Position numbers and translations under genes: made by a program. A DNA stretch of 64,000 nucleotides, from positions 2,790,001 through 2,854,000 of the forward strand of contig CM060734.1 of assembly GCA_030704615.1 (NCBI GenBank), given 5' to 3'. Positions 11,039 through 23,989 of this stretch are shown piece after piece. The first letter of the stretch is position 1, and every line of letters begins with the position of its first letter. The notes under the pieces are model-generated. The model had not been told where the DNA came from. It searched no databases and saw nothing but the letters and a program-made list of their open reading frames with translations. Source of the stretch: Takakia lepidozioides (taxonomy: Eukaryota > Plantae > Bryophyta).

Positions 11039-13948
11039 TCAAAGAGAATTTGGCGGAGCCCTACATGAGGTGTCCCGCTGCAGAAGGGTGATGACTTGTC
11101 CGTAGCCTAGTGTGGCTTGGTGAATGAATTGGTCTCTCTTACCGTCGCAACACATAATTACAAGGTATATGTAATATTGATGCTTGCAGGGGACCCACTT
11201 CCCTCTCATGCCGAGAGCGCCCTCACGCATCGTTACAAAATCCGGACAAGTGCAAGTAGGGAAATTCCCCACGGTAACCTGATATTCTTTGCCATGAAGA
11301 ACTAAGCCAATAGACAGCACTGTGTAAATCCGTCCATACCCCGGGGCAGGGACTTCGGTGATACGAGCCACCCGAGCCTGCAAAATTCTAGCCGATTCCA
11401 TCTTGCATTCGTGATTTGCACCCGAAGCGACACGGCGCACTGTTTTTCCATCTCTTTTTGTTGGGTGGGAGTTGGCACCAGGTGGAGGCATTGCCGGAGC
11501 ATGTGGCACATCTGTGCTGACAGTGCACAAGGGCACCACCCGGGAACCCTCCCTCCTCCAGCATGCTTATCTCGGTTGTTGACAGCGACGTCCCAAGTTT
11601 CACAGGCCAAATTGCGGGGGGAGGGGGTTTCATTATCACCGAAGGACGAACTGTTCCCTTGACGCACCGTGCCATATCGTCTAGGCAGAACCAGAACTTG
11701 TGGTCCTTTGACTCCCCACTATGATAAGGTCGGAACAACCCTGTGAATGTAGGAGCTGGAGTCCCCCTGGAGCCTTTGCATATTTTTGATTTGCATTTCT
11801 TGAAAGAGGGGGTCCGAATTGCCATGCAAGCAACTCTAGATCCTGGTGGGGTGCGTTCTATATGCCACTCACTATCAATGCAATCAGATTCCTATACCAT
11901 GGCCACCACCTCCTCCAATGGGATTCCTGCTGCTGTGCTTGCATGTTCTGCACCTGCTCCACTGGAGGAGGACCCACCTGGGAAGGGGCTGGCATATGAC
12001 TTACTCTGCACTGGAGACACCTTTGGCACAGAGAAATCGACCCTGTCTGGGCGATGGGAATCTCCATCTGACCCTAGAAGAGTGTTCAATTTCCTTTTGC
12101 ATGATCCAAATCTTTCCTCGCCTTCCAAATGAGGGAGCCTGGATTGCAAAGGGGAGCCTTCAGTGCACCTGTTCAGAGCTTTGGCCATCTTCGATGGGTC
12201 TCCGGACCTACTCGCAGCCCTTAACATCAACAAAGTCGTACCGGGGCCCTTGCCTCCACCCCGTCCCATCAGAAAATTGCGGTACCTGGTTTGTTGTGTA
12301 AGTGCCCGCACCATGTCATCAGCAGTGGCCACATACAAGTCACGACCTGCTTTGGTAGATTACTACATCCAGGCGTTGTGAACAGTCTCCGCCAAATTAC
12401 AGGATAGCATGTCGGTCAAGTCCTCCAAGGACATGTCCTGTAGGAGTCATTGCATGGAAATGTGAGGAACGAAAGGAAATGGAAGAGGTTCTGCAAGCGA
12501 CAATCCAAGAACCCCAAATGAACAGGCACGATGCAAAATTTGTGTTTTTGGGATTGAAGAGGCTTACCGTCGTCATAAAAGCTCCCCACTGTCTGTACCT
12601 GAAGTGCCAGAAAACCAACCAGTCCTCCAACTCCTTCAGGTGGATACCAGTAGCAGCACCAGATGAGAACCACCAAGCCCGGATTGCCTGGTAAGTGCTC
12701 TCAGCTTCTCCCATTGAGGTGGCATTTTTGTACTTGAGACAGAGCTTTCTGTGCTCCAACTGAAGGTCAGGGCGAATGCAGCGCTTTGTATGACGTGCCA
12801 GAGATTGACTCCAATGGAAGAGGCATGTGCGCTCCCTATTTTCCATTGGGACCTTAGGATCCCCCGAACCAAACACGCGCCGCACTGCATTGAAATTTGC
12901 CTGTGCACTATCAGCCATGAAGCCCGCAAAATTTGTGTTCTGTATTCCATTGCGCTGCATGACGGCCAGGAGCAAATTCCATATGAGCATCTGGGATTCA
13001 GTGTCCTCCGACTGCATATCACAAATTGCTATTGAGAGCACACGCTGGTACGCTGGATCATACACATGGCACGCCATGGTTGTCCAACCCTTCACCCGTT
13101 TGCAGTGATCAAACATCAACCAACATTTAGCCAAATCTCCTCCAGGTTACAATGCTCACACCACTGCCTTCGCCCACTGCGGACATCTTGAACAAATACA
13201 CCTTGGACGAGCCATGGCCAGGGAAGATACTGTTTTGAATGAATTCATAGCGACTTCTCCGTGTGAGGTCCATAATGTTGTCCATGAATCCAGCAGTGCC
13301 TGTGCCTACTCTGAGTGCATTCACCTGGTTTCGAATATTGGGAGAGCTCAACACGGAGAAATGGTCCATCACTGCATCAAGCGAATCTGCATCCAGCATT
13401 GGTTGTGTCGAATCCCCTTCACCCAGTATGTGTTTTTCCAGGAAAGCCTTGCTAGCTGCAAGCGCTATAGCATAAGGTGTTGCACAAGGGGCATTGTGAA
13501 ACTCCTGCTTCAGCAGATTTCTAGCGATGTCCACGCTATCCCTGCAACTTCCTTTGGACACAGGATGCTCGTGTGCACCCATATGAATGCAGGCACGAGT
13601 CATTGTCTTGCATCGGTGTGCCACCTGGTACATATGAGCGTGGCACACAGAAACACAGGACCGGGAAAGTTTGCAGAACCTGCACACAAAAGTATTGGAC
13701 TTGGAAGGGGCAAGTCCTGGGGTGAAAGGATTCAGGGGCACACCTTCCCACTCACTGTCGTTTGGTTGAGCGTTGTTTCTCATCCGAGGGCAAGAAATAT
13801 TCAGGCACTTGCAATGCCCAACGCAAACCGACCTTCGAAATTTCAATCCAATGTCGTTGTGGATGTTCGACGTTTTTGTCCTGCACCAAGGGTGTCTGTC
13901 ATGTTTCTTGTCCATGCCCTGTAGAAGCCCAGCCAGTCCATTGGAAGA
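11039..13948 (-). pseudogene. Outer MULE transposase, 3' part: GCM-like domain, DDE core, SWIM finger
   Basis: WCRTKTSN..CVGHCKC..C..C..HxH (GCM/WRKY-like); WLMFDH, FMADSAQAN, CLFH and NLAETVH (D-D-CxxH-E, the E after a GT-AG intron 12567-12438); CTCPDF..CKH (SWIM). Has frameshifts and TAG/TAA stops. Confidence 0.85.
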
Positions 13949-14314
13949 GGTTAGCTATTTCATGAGCATGAGCGGCATGAGCGGAGTAGTAAGACAATCG
14001 GTTTTCATGATCAGAAGTACAAATTTCGAAAATAAAAAACAATAAAAAACATTAATTTAATGCAATGTGTCAGGAAAAACAAATATATTATTCGGAAAAT
14101 TGTAGTTTTGACAGTTGTGCTCATGATAATTCGTCTTCCGCTCATGCCAATTCCCAGCGACATGTGCAAATATGGCGCCGAATTTCGCGGTAATAGGGTC
14201 CGTAACCTGAAAAAATGGCGACGTATTTCGCAGTAATAGGTCTCTCTGGCGAAAAATGGTGCCGAATTCCGCGGCTATAGGTCCCCTCATGACAGGTAAT
14301 TCGGCGCCATTTTT

Positions 14315-14605
14315 CCAGTGCATGTTCGGACTTAGCCAGTTTTCGGCGCAAAATAGGGAAATTCGGCGTCATTTTTCCAGACACTGTACCAGTGCATGTT
14401 GGGACTTAGCCAGTTTTCGGCCCAAAAAAGAGAAATTCGGCGCCATTTTTCCAGACACGGTACCAGTGTATGTTGGGACTTAGCCAGTTTTCGGCCCAAA
14501 AAAGAGAAATTCGGCGCCATTTTCCCAGACACAGGTACCAGTGCATGTTGGGACTTAGCCAGTTTTCGGCCCCAAAAAGAGAAATTCGGCGCCATTTTTC
14601 CAGAA
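14315..14605. repeat. Subterminal tandem array, 74-75-bp unit x ~4
   Basis: Units start at 14315, 14389, 14463, 14538; each has GGACTTAGCCA and GAAATTCGGCG(C/T)CATTTT; more motif copies at 14170-14312. Confidence 0.9.
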
Positions 14606-14758
14606 ATGGCCCCACAACTGCTTCTGTTGGATCTCAGTTTGAATGGAATATTGCCTCATTCCAGGAGTTTTGGGGTGCATTTCATTACACTGCAAAAAAA
14701 AATCTGATACAACAAAATGCAATTGACAATATCCATATGGAGGATTCCCTTTGCCCCA

Positions 14759-17700
14759 TCAATGAGTTCTGGAATCCCTAAGGAGGAGTTTGTGCAGCTC
14801 GTTCACGCTCAACGCCGGTGCATGAATAAAGTCATCAATAGTCACGTTCATCCTCAACCTCTTCAGGTAAATGTAATACAGATGCTTGCACAGATAATAC
14901 TTCAAACCCTTCTTTGCTTCCATCAACGAGAAGTCCGTACAATTGCAAGTCGGCTCCACTCCAATCGTAATTGTGTATACATCGTCGCGTACAGCCGAGG
15001 CGGCCGTTGCCATCCGATACACACGCCCAAGGCCGGGTGGGTGTACGTCCACGGAGCTCTGAATAGTGCAAGCCATCCCAAGAGCATTGGCAATCCGAGT
15101 CTCATTCAACTTGTTGGGAGGGTGTTGTCTCTTCACTCTTCCGAATCGCATTGTGGGATGTGCAGAATTGTCCAATCCGTCTCTACTGGACCGAGCAGTC
15201 TGCAATGGCTGGGTCTGAGGAACCGGAAATGCGTGGGCCGGGATGTCTGTGCGTTGCACCATTCGAAATCCTGCTGCAGATAGAGCATCCGCCTCATTCT
15301 GAGAGAGGCTGCAACCCGGTGCAACAGGCCAGACGCCCGGAGGCTCCGGCATTCCCTGAATCCCGTACTTGGGCTTGCCACATACACAGGTCATTATGTC
15401 GTGCCTACAGAACCAAAATGTCTGCGTTGTGGCGTGAGCAAATGTGGGAGTCAAAAATCTGCCGCTGAAATAAGGTGCAGGTACAGCACCGTGTGGGTTC
15501 CTCCGAATCATCTCACCACAGCGTGCTCTTGTATCCACCCGGATGGCGCAGCACTTCCCTCGAAATGCCGGCAATGTCCTCGCAATTCTCCACTGTGACT
15601 CCGACACTCTTGTCTCCACAATGGGAATGTTGTACTGCTTTACTCCAGATGGCTCGTTATGTTGCCGGGGCACGCGCCCTGTGCTCAAAGGAGATGGCGA
15701 TCTTGAACGTGCAGGACTTGCGGTGCTCGACGAGACCTCCTCGGGCAACATCACCGGACCAAGAGGGAGCGTGCGAATATTCTTGTCAGCTCGCCATGAA
15801 TCCTCTTCTCCGCCAGGTGCCTCGTCAAGTCTTCGTCTCACTGGACGGGTATGAACATCTCCTTCCAAATGTTGGCCTTTTCGCAGCAATGGCGTGTCCC
15901 GAAGGCCCTCTCGCAAGGCCGCCGCCCACTTCCGAGGATTCTTCGATCTAGAGGCAGTCTGCATCAGCATTTCCTGCCTGTCCGGCCCCAAGCCCCATTG
16001 TTTCCTTTTCAAGAACTCGTTGTACCTGCATTGTTGCATAATTGACCTCACAATGTCCTCCATTGTGGCAGTGAGGATGTCCACCAGATGCGCCGCAGAG
16101 GAGGCACGCCAGGAAGAGTGCTCTGATTCGGCCATGTTTGTCGTGGGCATGTCGGTGTCGGAGTCGAGACACATTTCCTGCACAAGCACATGTTGAGGTT
16201 ACAAGCAAGTTACAAATATGGCCAAGAATAATATTCAACGGGACGCGAATTCGTGCAACTCACCTCCCGCATATAGTCGCCGAACTGGAGAAAACGATAA
16301 TGCCACCATGCTAGCCAACTGACCATTGCTCCCTCGTCTGATTTCCTTACAGCACCTGACGATGTCCACCAAGCCCGTATATATGCAAACTGTGTCTCTG
16401 CATCATCCAAGGTGGGAGCGCGCTTCCATGCAAGGCACATGGAACGGTGCTCCTCTCTGAAATCTGGCGCCACGAGCCTGGTTGTGTACTACGAAAGGCT
16501 CTGCAGAAAATGGAACCCACAAGATCTCTCCTTGTCTTCCATGGGAACATTGGGGTCTTGCCCGTACACCCTTCGGATGGCAGCCCAATTTGCTTGTGCA
16601 TTGTCCGCCATGAAACCACGGAAATTGGGAGGGGGCAATCCCGCCGTGGCCATCTGTTCGTTTATTCCCTGCCAAAGAAGCATCTCCGATTGTGTGTCCT
16701 CTCCTTTCATCTCACAAATAGCAATTGTCATTAGCATCCTGCAGTGGGTGTCGTAGACATGTGCACCCATTGTCACCCACTGGTGATTTGTAATTCGCTT
16801 GATATGGTCGAACATGACCCAACTGTTTGACAAGTCCCCACTCGTCATCCTGTCGACCAGTTCGACGCCGCTGCCAGGTCCACACGTGGACATTTTGAAT
16901 ATGAAACAACGATCTGCCTCAGTCCCTTGTCCTGGAAACCTACTTCCATGAATGTAGTCATATCCACATCGTCGCTTCACCTCCAGAATGGAGTGCATAT
17001 CCGAGCCACGCCCAATTTCTGTTTGCATGAGACAATGTGGTTTCGGACATTCGGTGAACATACGTGGGACACCGACTCCAGCAATGCCTCCATTTCCTTC
17101 TCATCGAGAGGAACTCTATCAGAGCCGTCTTCCGACATAATTCTGGCCAATGCCATCTTATGGGCGGCTTGGAGCTGTATCTGTTTGGGTTTGGCACCCG
17201 GTCTCAACTTAACCTCCTCCTGAACGAGCTGTTCTGCTTCGTGGGCAGCCTCCCGTGAGTTCCCCCTCGCCAATTTGTGACAATGGGAACCAACATGTAT
17301 GCAAGCTCGGGTGAGGTCAGGGAAACGGTGCAACACATAGAACTGCTTGGCATTACAAACAGACATGCAGTGTGGTGGTTCCTTGCAATGCGCACACTTA
17401 AATGTGGAGTTCGGAACCTTCTTCTGAGCTCAAAATGGTTGATGAGCTGTGCCTGTCCAATCGGTCTCGTTCCTGTGACCTCTGGATTTAAAGTGGAAGC
17501 AAGTTGGGGAGAAACACCGCAACGCGCCCGCACAAACAACGTAGCGCATCCGCACACCATCGAGCATCTTCATGCTGGTGGTTTTGGTAACGCACCAAGG
17601 ATGACCGTCATGTTTTCTATCCATATCTGTCAACATTCCGGACGCCCTCGAGTAGTCCGCCCGAGGAGGGAACTCAAAGAAGATATGACCGTCGACGTCG

Positions 17701-18464
17701 GCGGGAAGGCATGTAACCGATTTAATTGCGAACTTGCTGTAGTCCAGCCCGGCCAGCTCCGACCGGTGTCCCTCCAGGTGAAGCCCTCGCAGAATTTCAA
17801 GAATAGATCGAACTGCGGTGCTCGTGCTGGGAATATGACTCCCTCCTCCACTGACGTCCATTGAGGACTTGCCTGATCTCCAGGACGACCTCGGAACTTC
17901 CATGACCTCGTCTGAGTCGGACAGGTTGTGAACAACCCGGTTCTCGCTCGTCTTCATGGATGGGTTCGGCTCTGGATTTACTTCGTTGCGGACTTCTCTC
18001 TTTGAGGTAGCCACTCTCTGATTCGCGGATTGTTTCGTGGAAGGCGCCAGGATAGAAGGTGCATTTGGCGGGCAAATGAAGTCCCCAACAGCCCTGTATA
18101 TGACGCTGTCCGATGGTGGAACTCGCCATTCCCTGCCATCGCCAAAATCATCGTGGAGCACAACAATACTCTCGACAACAAGGCCGTTTGAGTCCTTCAT
18201 TTCCTCCTCCAAAAAAACCGACCCCGGTTTCAGGTGGTATCGAACGCACAGATCTTTTTCCATCACCCGACAGATGTCCCCTCTGCACGGAAATGAAGCT
18301 CTATGCTCGTGAGGAGGGCAGTACACTGTAGCGCTCGGGTTTTCCGCCATGGGAGATGTGCACACAAGACTGCCAGGATGGCGTGCGGGGAAGCTCCCTG
18401 GTAGAAGGGGGATGCAGCGATGGGATGCAGTGCCGATTTGTCCGAGCGACGAAGCCTGATCCAA
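14759..18464 (-). pseudogene. Inner MULE transposase (GCM-like, DDE, Cys-rich, SWIM), two exons
   Basis: MDRKHDGHPWCVTKTTS..CAGALRC; WVMFDH; FMADNAQAN; CGFH; intron 16263-16178; NMAESEH; CNCTDF..CKH. Premature stops at 17430-17432 and 16489-16491, one frameshift near 17010. Start may be 18464 or 18350. Confidence 0.88.
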
Positions 18465-18589
18465 ATCCAGGGAGCCAACTATATCAAAAATCCAGAGTCA
18501 GAGTGTTAATGAACCTTGTCTCCGGAATGCGGCCCCTGGTCTTTGCGCAATAACTGCCAAAGGTATGCAGTCAGAAAGTGGGGGGCCGT

Positions 18590-19960
18590 CCGGATGATGT
18601 CGGCTGAAGGGGAGAAGCCGGCACCGTGCCGTCACATTACTACCCCCGAATGGAAATTCGGCACCCAATACCCAACAAGGGCCGCACGGATGAAGTCGTC
18701 TGGGGCAGAGATGCCGGCACTTGTCCGACAGAAAACATCCCCCGGATGGAAATTCAGCGCCGAATTTCCATTCGGATCCACCCAAAGGAAGTCCTGTCGG
18801 GGGGTCAGGCCGAAAACTGGCAGACCTAAAAACCTCCGCGGATGGTAAAACGGCGCCGAATTTCCATCCGGGGCTTTCGGATGTAGTCGGCTCGGGGGAA
18901 AGGCCGCCATCTGGCCCTCACATTACAACCCCCGGACGGAACTTCGGCACCGAATATCCAACAGGGGACGCCCGGATGAAGTCGCCTCGGGCGTAGAGGC
19001 CGGCGCGTGTGCGACAGAGAACATCCCCTGGATGGACATTCGACGCCGAATTTCCATCCGGGCCCCCCCAAAGGAAGTCGTGTCGGGGGGTCAGGCCGAA
19101 AACTGGCCGGCATAAAAACATCCCCAGATGGAAAAACGGCGCCGAATTTCCATCCGGGGCGGTTCGGATGCAGTCGGGGAGGGGGGAGAGGCCGGCACCT
19201 GGCCGTCACATTTCAACCCCCGGACGGAAATTCGGCACCGAATATCCAACAGGGGACGCCCGGATGAAGTCGCCTCGGGCGAAGAGGCCGACGCGTGTGC
19301 GACAGAGAACATCCCCTGGATGGACATTCGGCGCCGAATTTCCATCCAGGCCCCCCCAAAGGAAGTCGTGTCGGGGGGTCAGGCCAGAAACTGGCCGGCA
19401 TAAAAACATCCCCAGATGGAAAAACGGCGCCGAATTTCCATCCGGGGCGGTTCGGATGCAGTCGGGGAGGGGGGAGAGGCCGGCACCTGGCCGTCACATT
19501 TCAACCCCGGACGGAAATTCGGCACCGAATATCCAACAGGGGATGCCCGGATGAAGTCGCCTCGGCCGTAGAGGCCGACACGTGTTCGACAGAGAGCATC
19601 CCCTATATGGAGATTCGGCGCCGAATTTCCATCCGGGCCCCCCCAAAGGAAGTCGTGTCGGGGGGTCAGGCCGAAAACTGGCCGACATAAAAACCTCCCA
19701 AGATGGAAAAACGGCGCCGAATTTCCATCCGGGGCCGTTCCAATGCAGTCAGGGAGGGGGGAGAGGCCGGCACCTGGCCGTCATATTTCAACCCCCGGAC
19801 GGAAATTCGGCACCGAATATCCAACAGAGCGGCGGAGAGGCCGGCACCTCTCCGACAGAGACCATCCCCCGGATGGAAATTCGGCGCCAAATTTCCATCG
19901 GGGCCCCCTCAAAGGAAGTCGTAAAAACCTCCCAGAATGGAAAAACAGCGCCGAATTTCC
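18590..19960. repeat. Intergenic tandem array, ~288-289-bp unit x ~4.5, three palindromic motifs per unit
   Basis: AGATGGAAAAACGGCGCCGAATTTCCATCC recurs near 19125, 19414 and 19702; units also carry GGAAATTCGGCACCGAATATCC and GGACATTCGGCGCCGAATTTCC. Confidence 0.92.
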
Positions 19961-20084
19961 GTCCGAGGTTGTTCCGATTTGCCTCTAGCAGTCAAGGATT
20001 CCAAGAAAAACGTGTCTACAAGTGCACTTCAGCCACAAAACAAACAGTTAGGTTTGTTTTTCTCCGAAAAATCAATCGGACACG

Positions 20085-20505
20085 CTCAGAATTACCTGCA
20101 GGAAGGTAATTCAGCGCTTCGAAATACCTGGCGAATGGAAATTCGGCGCCGAATATCCATACGCCAGCGATCCGACTTACCTGCTGGATGGAAATTCGGC
20201 GCCGGATTTTCATCCATCCGGGATTCAAATTACCTGCGTGAGGGAAATTTCGCGCGCCGCCCTACCTGCGCGGATGGAAATCCGGCGCCGGATTTCCATC
20301 CATCCGCTTCTGAATTATCTGCATGAGGGAAATTTCGCGCGCCGCCCTACCTTGCAGGATGGAAATTCGACGCTGAATTTCCATCCTGCTGCGCTCCGAA
20401 TTACCTGCAGGATGGAAATCCGGCGCCGGATCTCCATCCTGCAGCGCTCCGAATTACCTCTACGTTGGAAATTCCGGGCTGAGTTCCGTCGATTTTCATC
20501 CGACA
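20085..20505. repeat. Cluster of short repeats built on GGATGGAAAT(T/C)CGGCGCCGGATTTCCATCC palindromes and AATTACCTGC
   Basis: Palindrome variants near 20136, 20186, 20272, 20357, 20409 and 20467. Confidence 0.8.
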
Positions 20506-20884
20506 TGGAGGGCTTCATCCGACATTTAATTGCGCAGTTGGGCAATAAATGTCCACCGCCATCCGTTTTCATTCGGGCTAGCGGCACATGGCTTCCTGGA
20601 TATGTACCCTAAATCTGATGCTAATCTTGGCTTAACATGCTATTTGAGGCATGTACCCCAAAAACGGAGATCTTTTTCCATTTTGGCTGGGACTTATGCT
20701 GCCTGAAGGGCGTGGCTCTCCTGAGAGAGACCTCACATCCAGACCGCGGCGGAAGTTGAAAGCTCTGTACTACGGACGACGGCCAATCTCTCGCATGGCC
20801 AAACTGAAGCTCCAACAGGAGATTCCAGTGTCTTGCTCACAACCCGCGCCAACTGAAGCCGAGTACTCTCAGGCAAGCCACTTC

Positions 20885-20955
20885 TGCTTTCGCTTTGTTC
20901 GATTTCGCTTTTGCTTTTGCTTTTGCTTTCGCTTTGTTGCCTCGCTTTGTTTTTG
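20885..20955. repeat. (TTT(C/T)GC)n microsatellite in predicted intron 1
   Basis: ttttgcttttgcttttgctttcgc run. Confidence 0.7.
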
Positions 20956-23900
20956 CATCTTCATCCTGGCTTCGCTGGATGAGTGAACCTTAGATAGTTG
21001 AGTGAACCTTAGTTTGTTTGCAATGCGTGTGCAAATCCGGCAGCTCTGGAGAAGGCTGCTTGTGCATGTCATTCTCAGGCAATGGTTGCATTTGTTTTCA
21101 TTGTTGTTGCATGGCTCTCCATACTTCCTAAACTTGTTATGTTTTCATTTTTGTTACACGATTGTTGCTATGGTGGTTGCGATGCTGGTTTTGGCACCGA
21201 TGTTGGTTCTCACGATTTTGGGAATGACAGAGTGACGACGAGCCCGGCACGCTGGTGGTATCATCGACTGCTGTAACTCATCGCATGTTTGAACCGCCCA
21301 CCTTGGAGGGAGAGGGCAAACTTCAACCTTTTGTTGGTGGACGGGAGGACCTGCAGCGAGAGTACGACAGAATAGGCATTGGGGAGGTTGGTGCAGGCCT
21401 CATGGCAGGTGAAGGGCGTGAGGAAGTGAGAACAACATATCCGGCAATGGAGGTTGTTGATGCAGAAGCAGTAGGGCCCGTCCAAGCAAAGAAGAAGAAG
21501 AAAGCCAAGCATGTGCAATCCCCGGCGCGGGCTGCGGAGGGGGGAGTTCGCAGTGCGCGCGAGGGTGTCAGTTCGCCTACCTCAAAGGTGGTCGTCCATC
21601 CGGGCTCCCCTGCTGCTAGCCCTAATAAGAAATAGAAAGCCCGTGAGAGGGCAAAAGAGAGGGCAAAAAAACAGGCAAGACACAAGGCTAGCCAGGAGGA
21701 AAGAGAAAAGGCCACTGAAGAGGCCAGGGGTTCCGAACTGACAGATTCCCATGTAAGTGAGGGACGCATAGAGACGGTGGATCCCTCCAAGACACCACAA
21801 AGAGGCAGCAACACACCGGTTAGACCATCGCGGGCAAGAGCAGCCCCTGCAATTACCCATACGGTGGAGAGTGGAGGAGAGGAAAGAACACCAGAAATAG
21901 CACGGATTGTGCAAGTTCGAGGTGAAGCCAGGGAGAGGGCAGTAGAGACGGGAAGAGTGCTGGAGGTGGTTTTGTAGGTGGTTGACCCTGTTGAGGAGGA
22001 CGACAGGGAGTTTTCTGACCAGGATGACATCCTCCCGGACATCCCCAGGCCCCAAACCCGGAGCATACAGGCTGGATTTGGCGGTCCTGGTGGGCTGCCG
22101 GAAAACCTCTCTGCAGTACACGTCATGTCTGAGGCAGATATGAAGTTGGCCGCTGCCAAGATGTTGGAGGCAACCCACAGCAACATTGGCAGGGTGCTGG
22201 GGGGCATGGTGTACCCGGCCAAGCTTCAAATTCCCCTTTGCCGCTTGGTGTCATTGCAGGTGGTGAGACCTGCCCTCCCAGGCGATATCGACAAGCTGAA
22301 ATTCTCTTTCCGGGATGGATATCGAATGGGGTCTGCCGCGTTTTACGTTTCCATTGAGAACGACCACGGAGCTTCCCGTGCCCACACTTCCGATGAGGTG
22401 GACAAATGGGGTCCCCATTGGCAAACGCGAAATGAGGAGTTCGAGAGATCGATTGCTAATGATCCTCTTTTCCAGCACTTGTCCGGTAAGATGTTCTACG
22501 TGTGGGACGGCAATCATCGCCTCCTGGCATGGATGGAGCACATTGCCCAAGCCCACCCCAACGACCTCGATTGGCATTTCGCCGTGGATTGTGTTGTGCT
22601 GAAGGTTGCGGGGCCCAAAGATCGCAGTCTTCTCAAAGCTGCAATGGCGGACATCAACTCGTAAGTTACAACGCCTCTCGCTTTTGGACTTTGAATTTGG
22701 AAGTCATTTCATTGCGAATCCTCATATATGATGAAAATTCCCATTTCAGTATTGTTTGATGGAAATGTGGCACTGCAGGGTGACTGAGAATGCCTTCATT
22801 GCCACCAACTTGTCCCATATGCTCTTCCGAGTGAAGGATGTCGGGAAGCAGGGGGTGCAAGAGTTTGCCAATTCCCTCAGTGCCGACCTCCTGTGCAAGT
22901 CGGAGGCAAAGGCAGACAGAACCTGGTATAGGCTGAACGTCGACGCCATGGTGGACTACATATTTCAGGTAAAGCTCCTGACAGTTTTATTGAGCTAATC
23001 TGTCTCTCCTCCCCCAATAGAAGAAAAGGTCTTCACCGTGATTTCTAATCTCCTCCCCCAATAGAAGAAATTGTGTTGAGCAGGATCTCTAATCTTATGT
23101 GTGCATTCTTGACAGACAAAAATACAGCAGGATTTGGCACATGCGCGGAGGTTCTACATGGAGTCAGAGGAGAAGAATCCAACCCTCTCGGCACTCGAAT
23201 CGTATGTCAAAGCTGCGGAGGTGAGGGCCCGCATAAAGTACAAGTCGCGGATGGTAAAGTACGTGGCCATAGCTGATCCCGCCCTTGGTGCCGACTTTCT
23301 GGTGGAGGTGGGGAAGCACTACTCTCGCGCTCTGAAGCCCACGATGACATTGGAGAAGCTCCATCGTCTAGCCACATCTTGTGTGGATGCAACAGAAAAG
23401 GTGATACATTCTTAACAAAATTGTGGTGGCAACAACTCCTTTTTGTGGTGTTTGGCGCTTACGAATATGCTGGGTGGTTGGACAGACCCGGTGGCTCCAA
23501 ATCTGGAATGGTTCCCAAAGTACCAGGGACATGTGGAGCTTCCCCAAACCGGACAAACTCTCTGACCCCACATTCGACATGTGGATGAACCGCATGACAT
23601 GGTGGTTTCAGGTACTTCCCCACGCTTCGTTTGGGGCTTCTACTCTAGTAGGGGGTGGATTCATTGTATTTTTTCAGGAAAGCGATCTGATGGAGAATCT
23701 CCATAGGTGACAACGAATGCGCAAGAGCAGCTGTACACACAAGCACATCAGTTCAAGATGGAGATATCTCCTGTAGCAGAGAGCCTACGTGACTATGTGA
23801 CGAGGTACTTTCTGCTCTACAAAACCAACCTATTCTTTCGGGAGATAGCAGATGCTCGCCGGAGCCACGAGTTCACCGACCAGCCGAACGCAGACAAAAC

Positions 23901-23989
23901 AGCAATGCGCCTTCTGTACAGGTACATACGCGCTGCCTTTCTTTCAAGTCCTTGCATTTCAGGATGTTAGAGGCCTCATGTGGTGTTAG

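Noticed and set aside
13127-13915. Stand-alone GCM transcription factor gene
   Set aside because: It is the interrupted N-terminal region of the outer transposase and continues into the DDE core.
18498-20612. Many overlapping ORFs with repeated MEIRRRIS/GWKFGAEFP peptides (also 14057-14781 and 24044-24788)
   Set aside because: Translations of palindromic tandem repeats, open in several frames on both strands.
21323-22229. 299-aa and 215-aa minus-strand ORFs
   Set aside because: Antisense shadows of the low-complexity plus-strand exon; no recognisable motifs.
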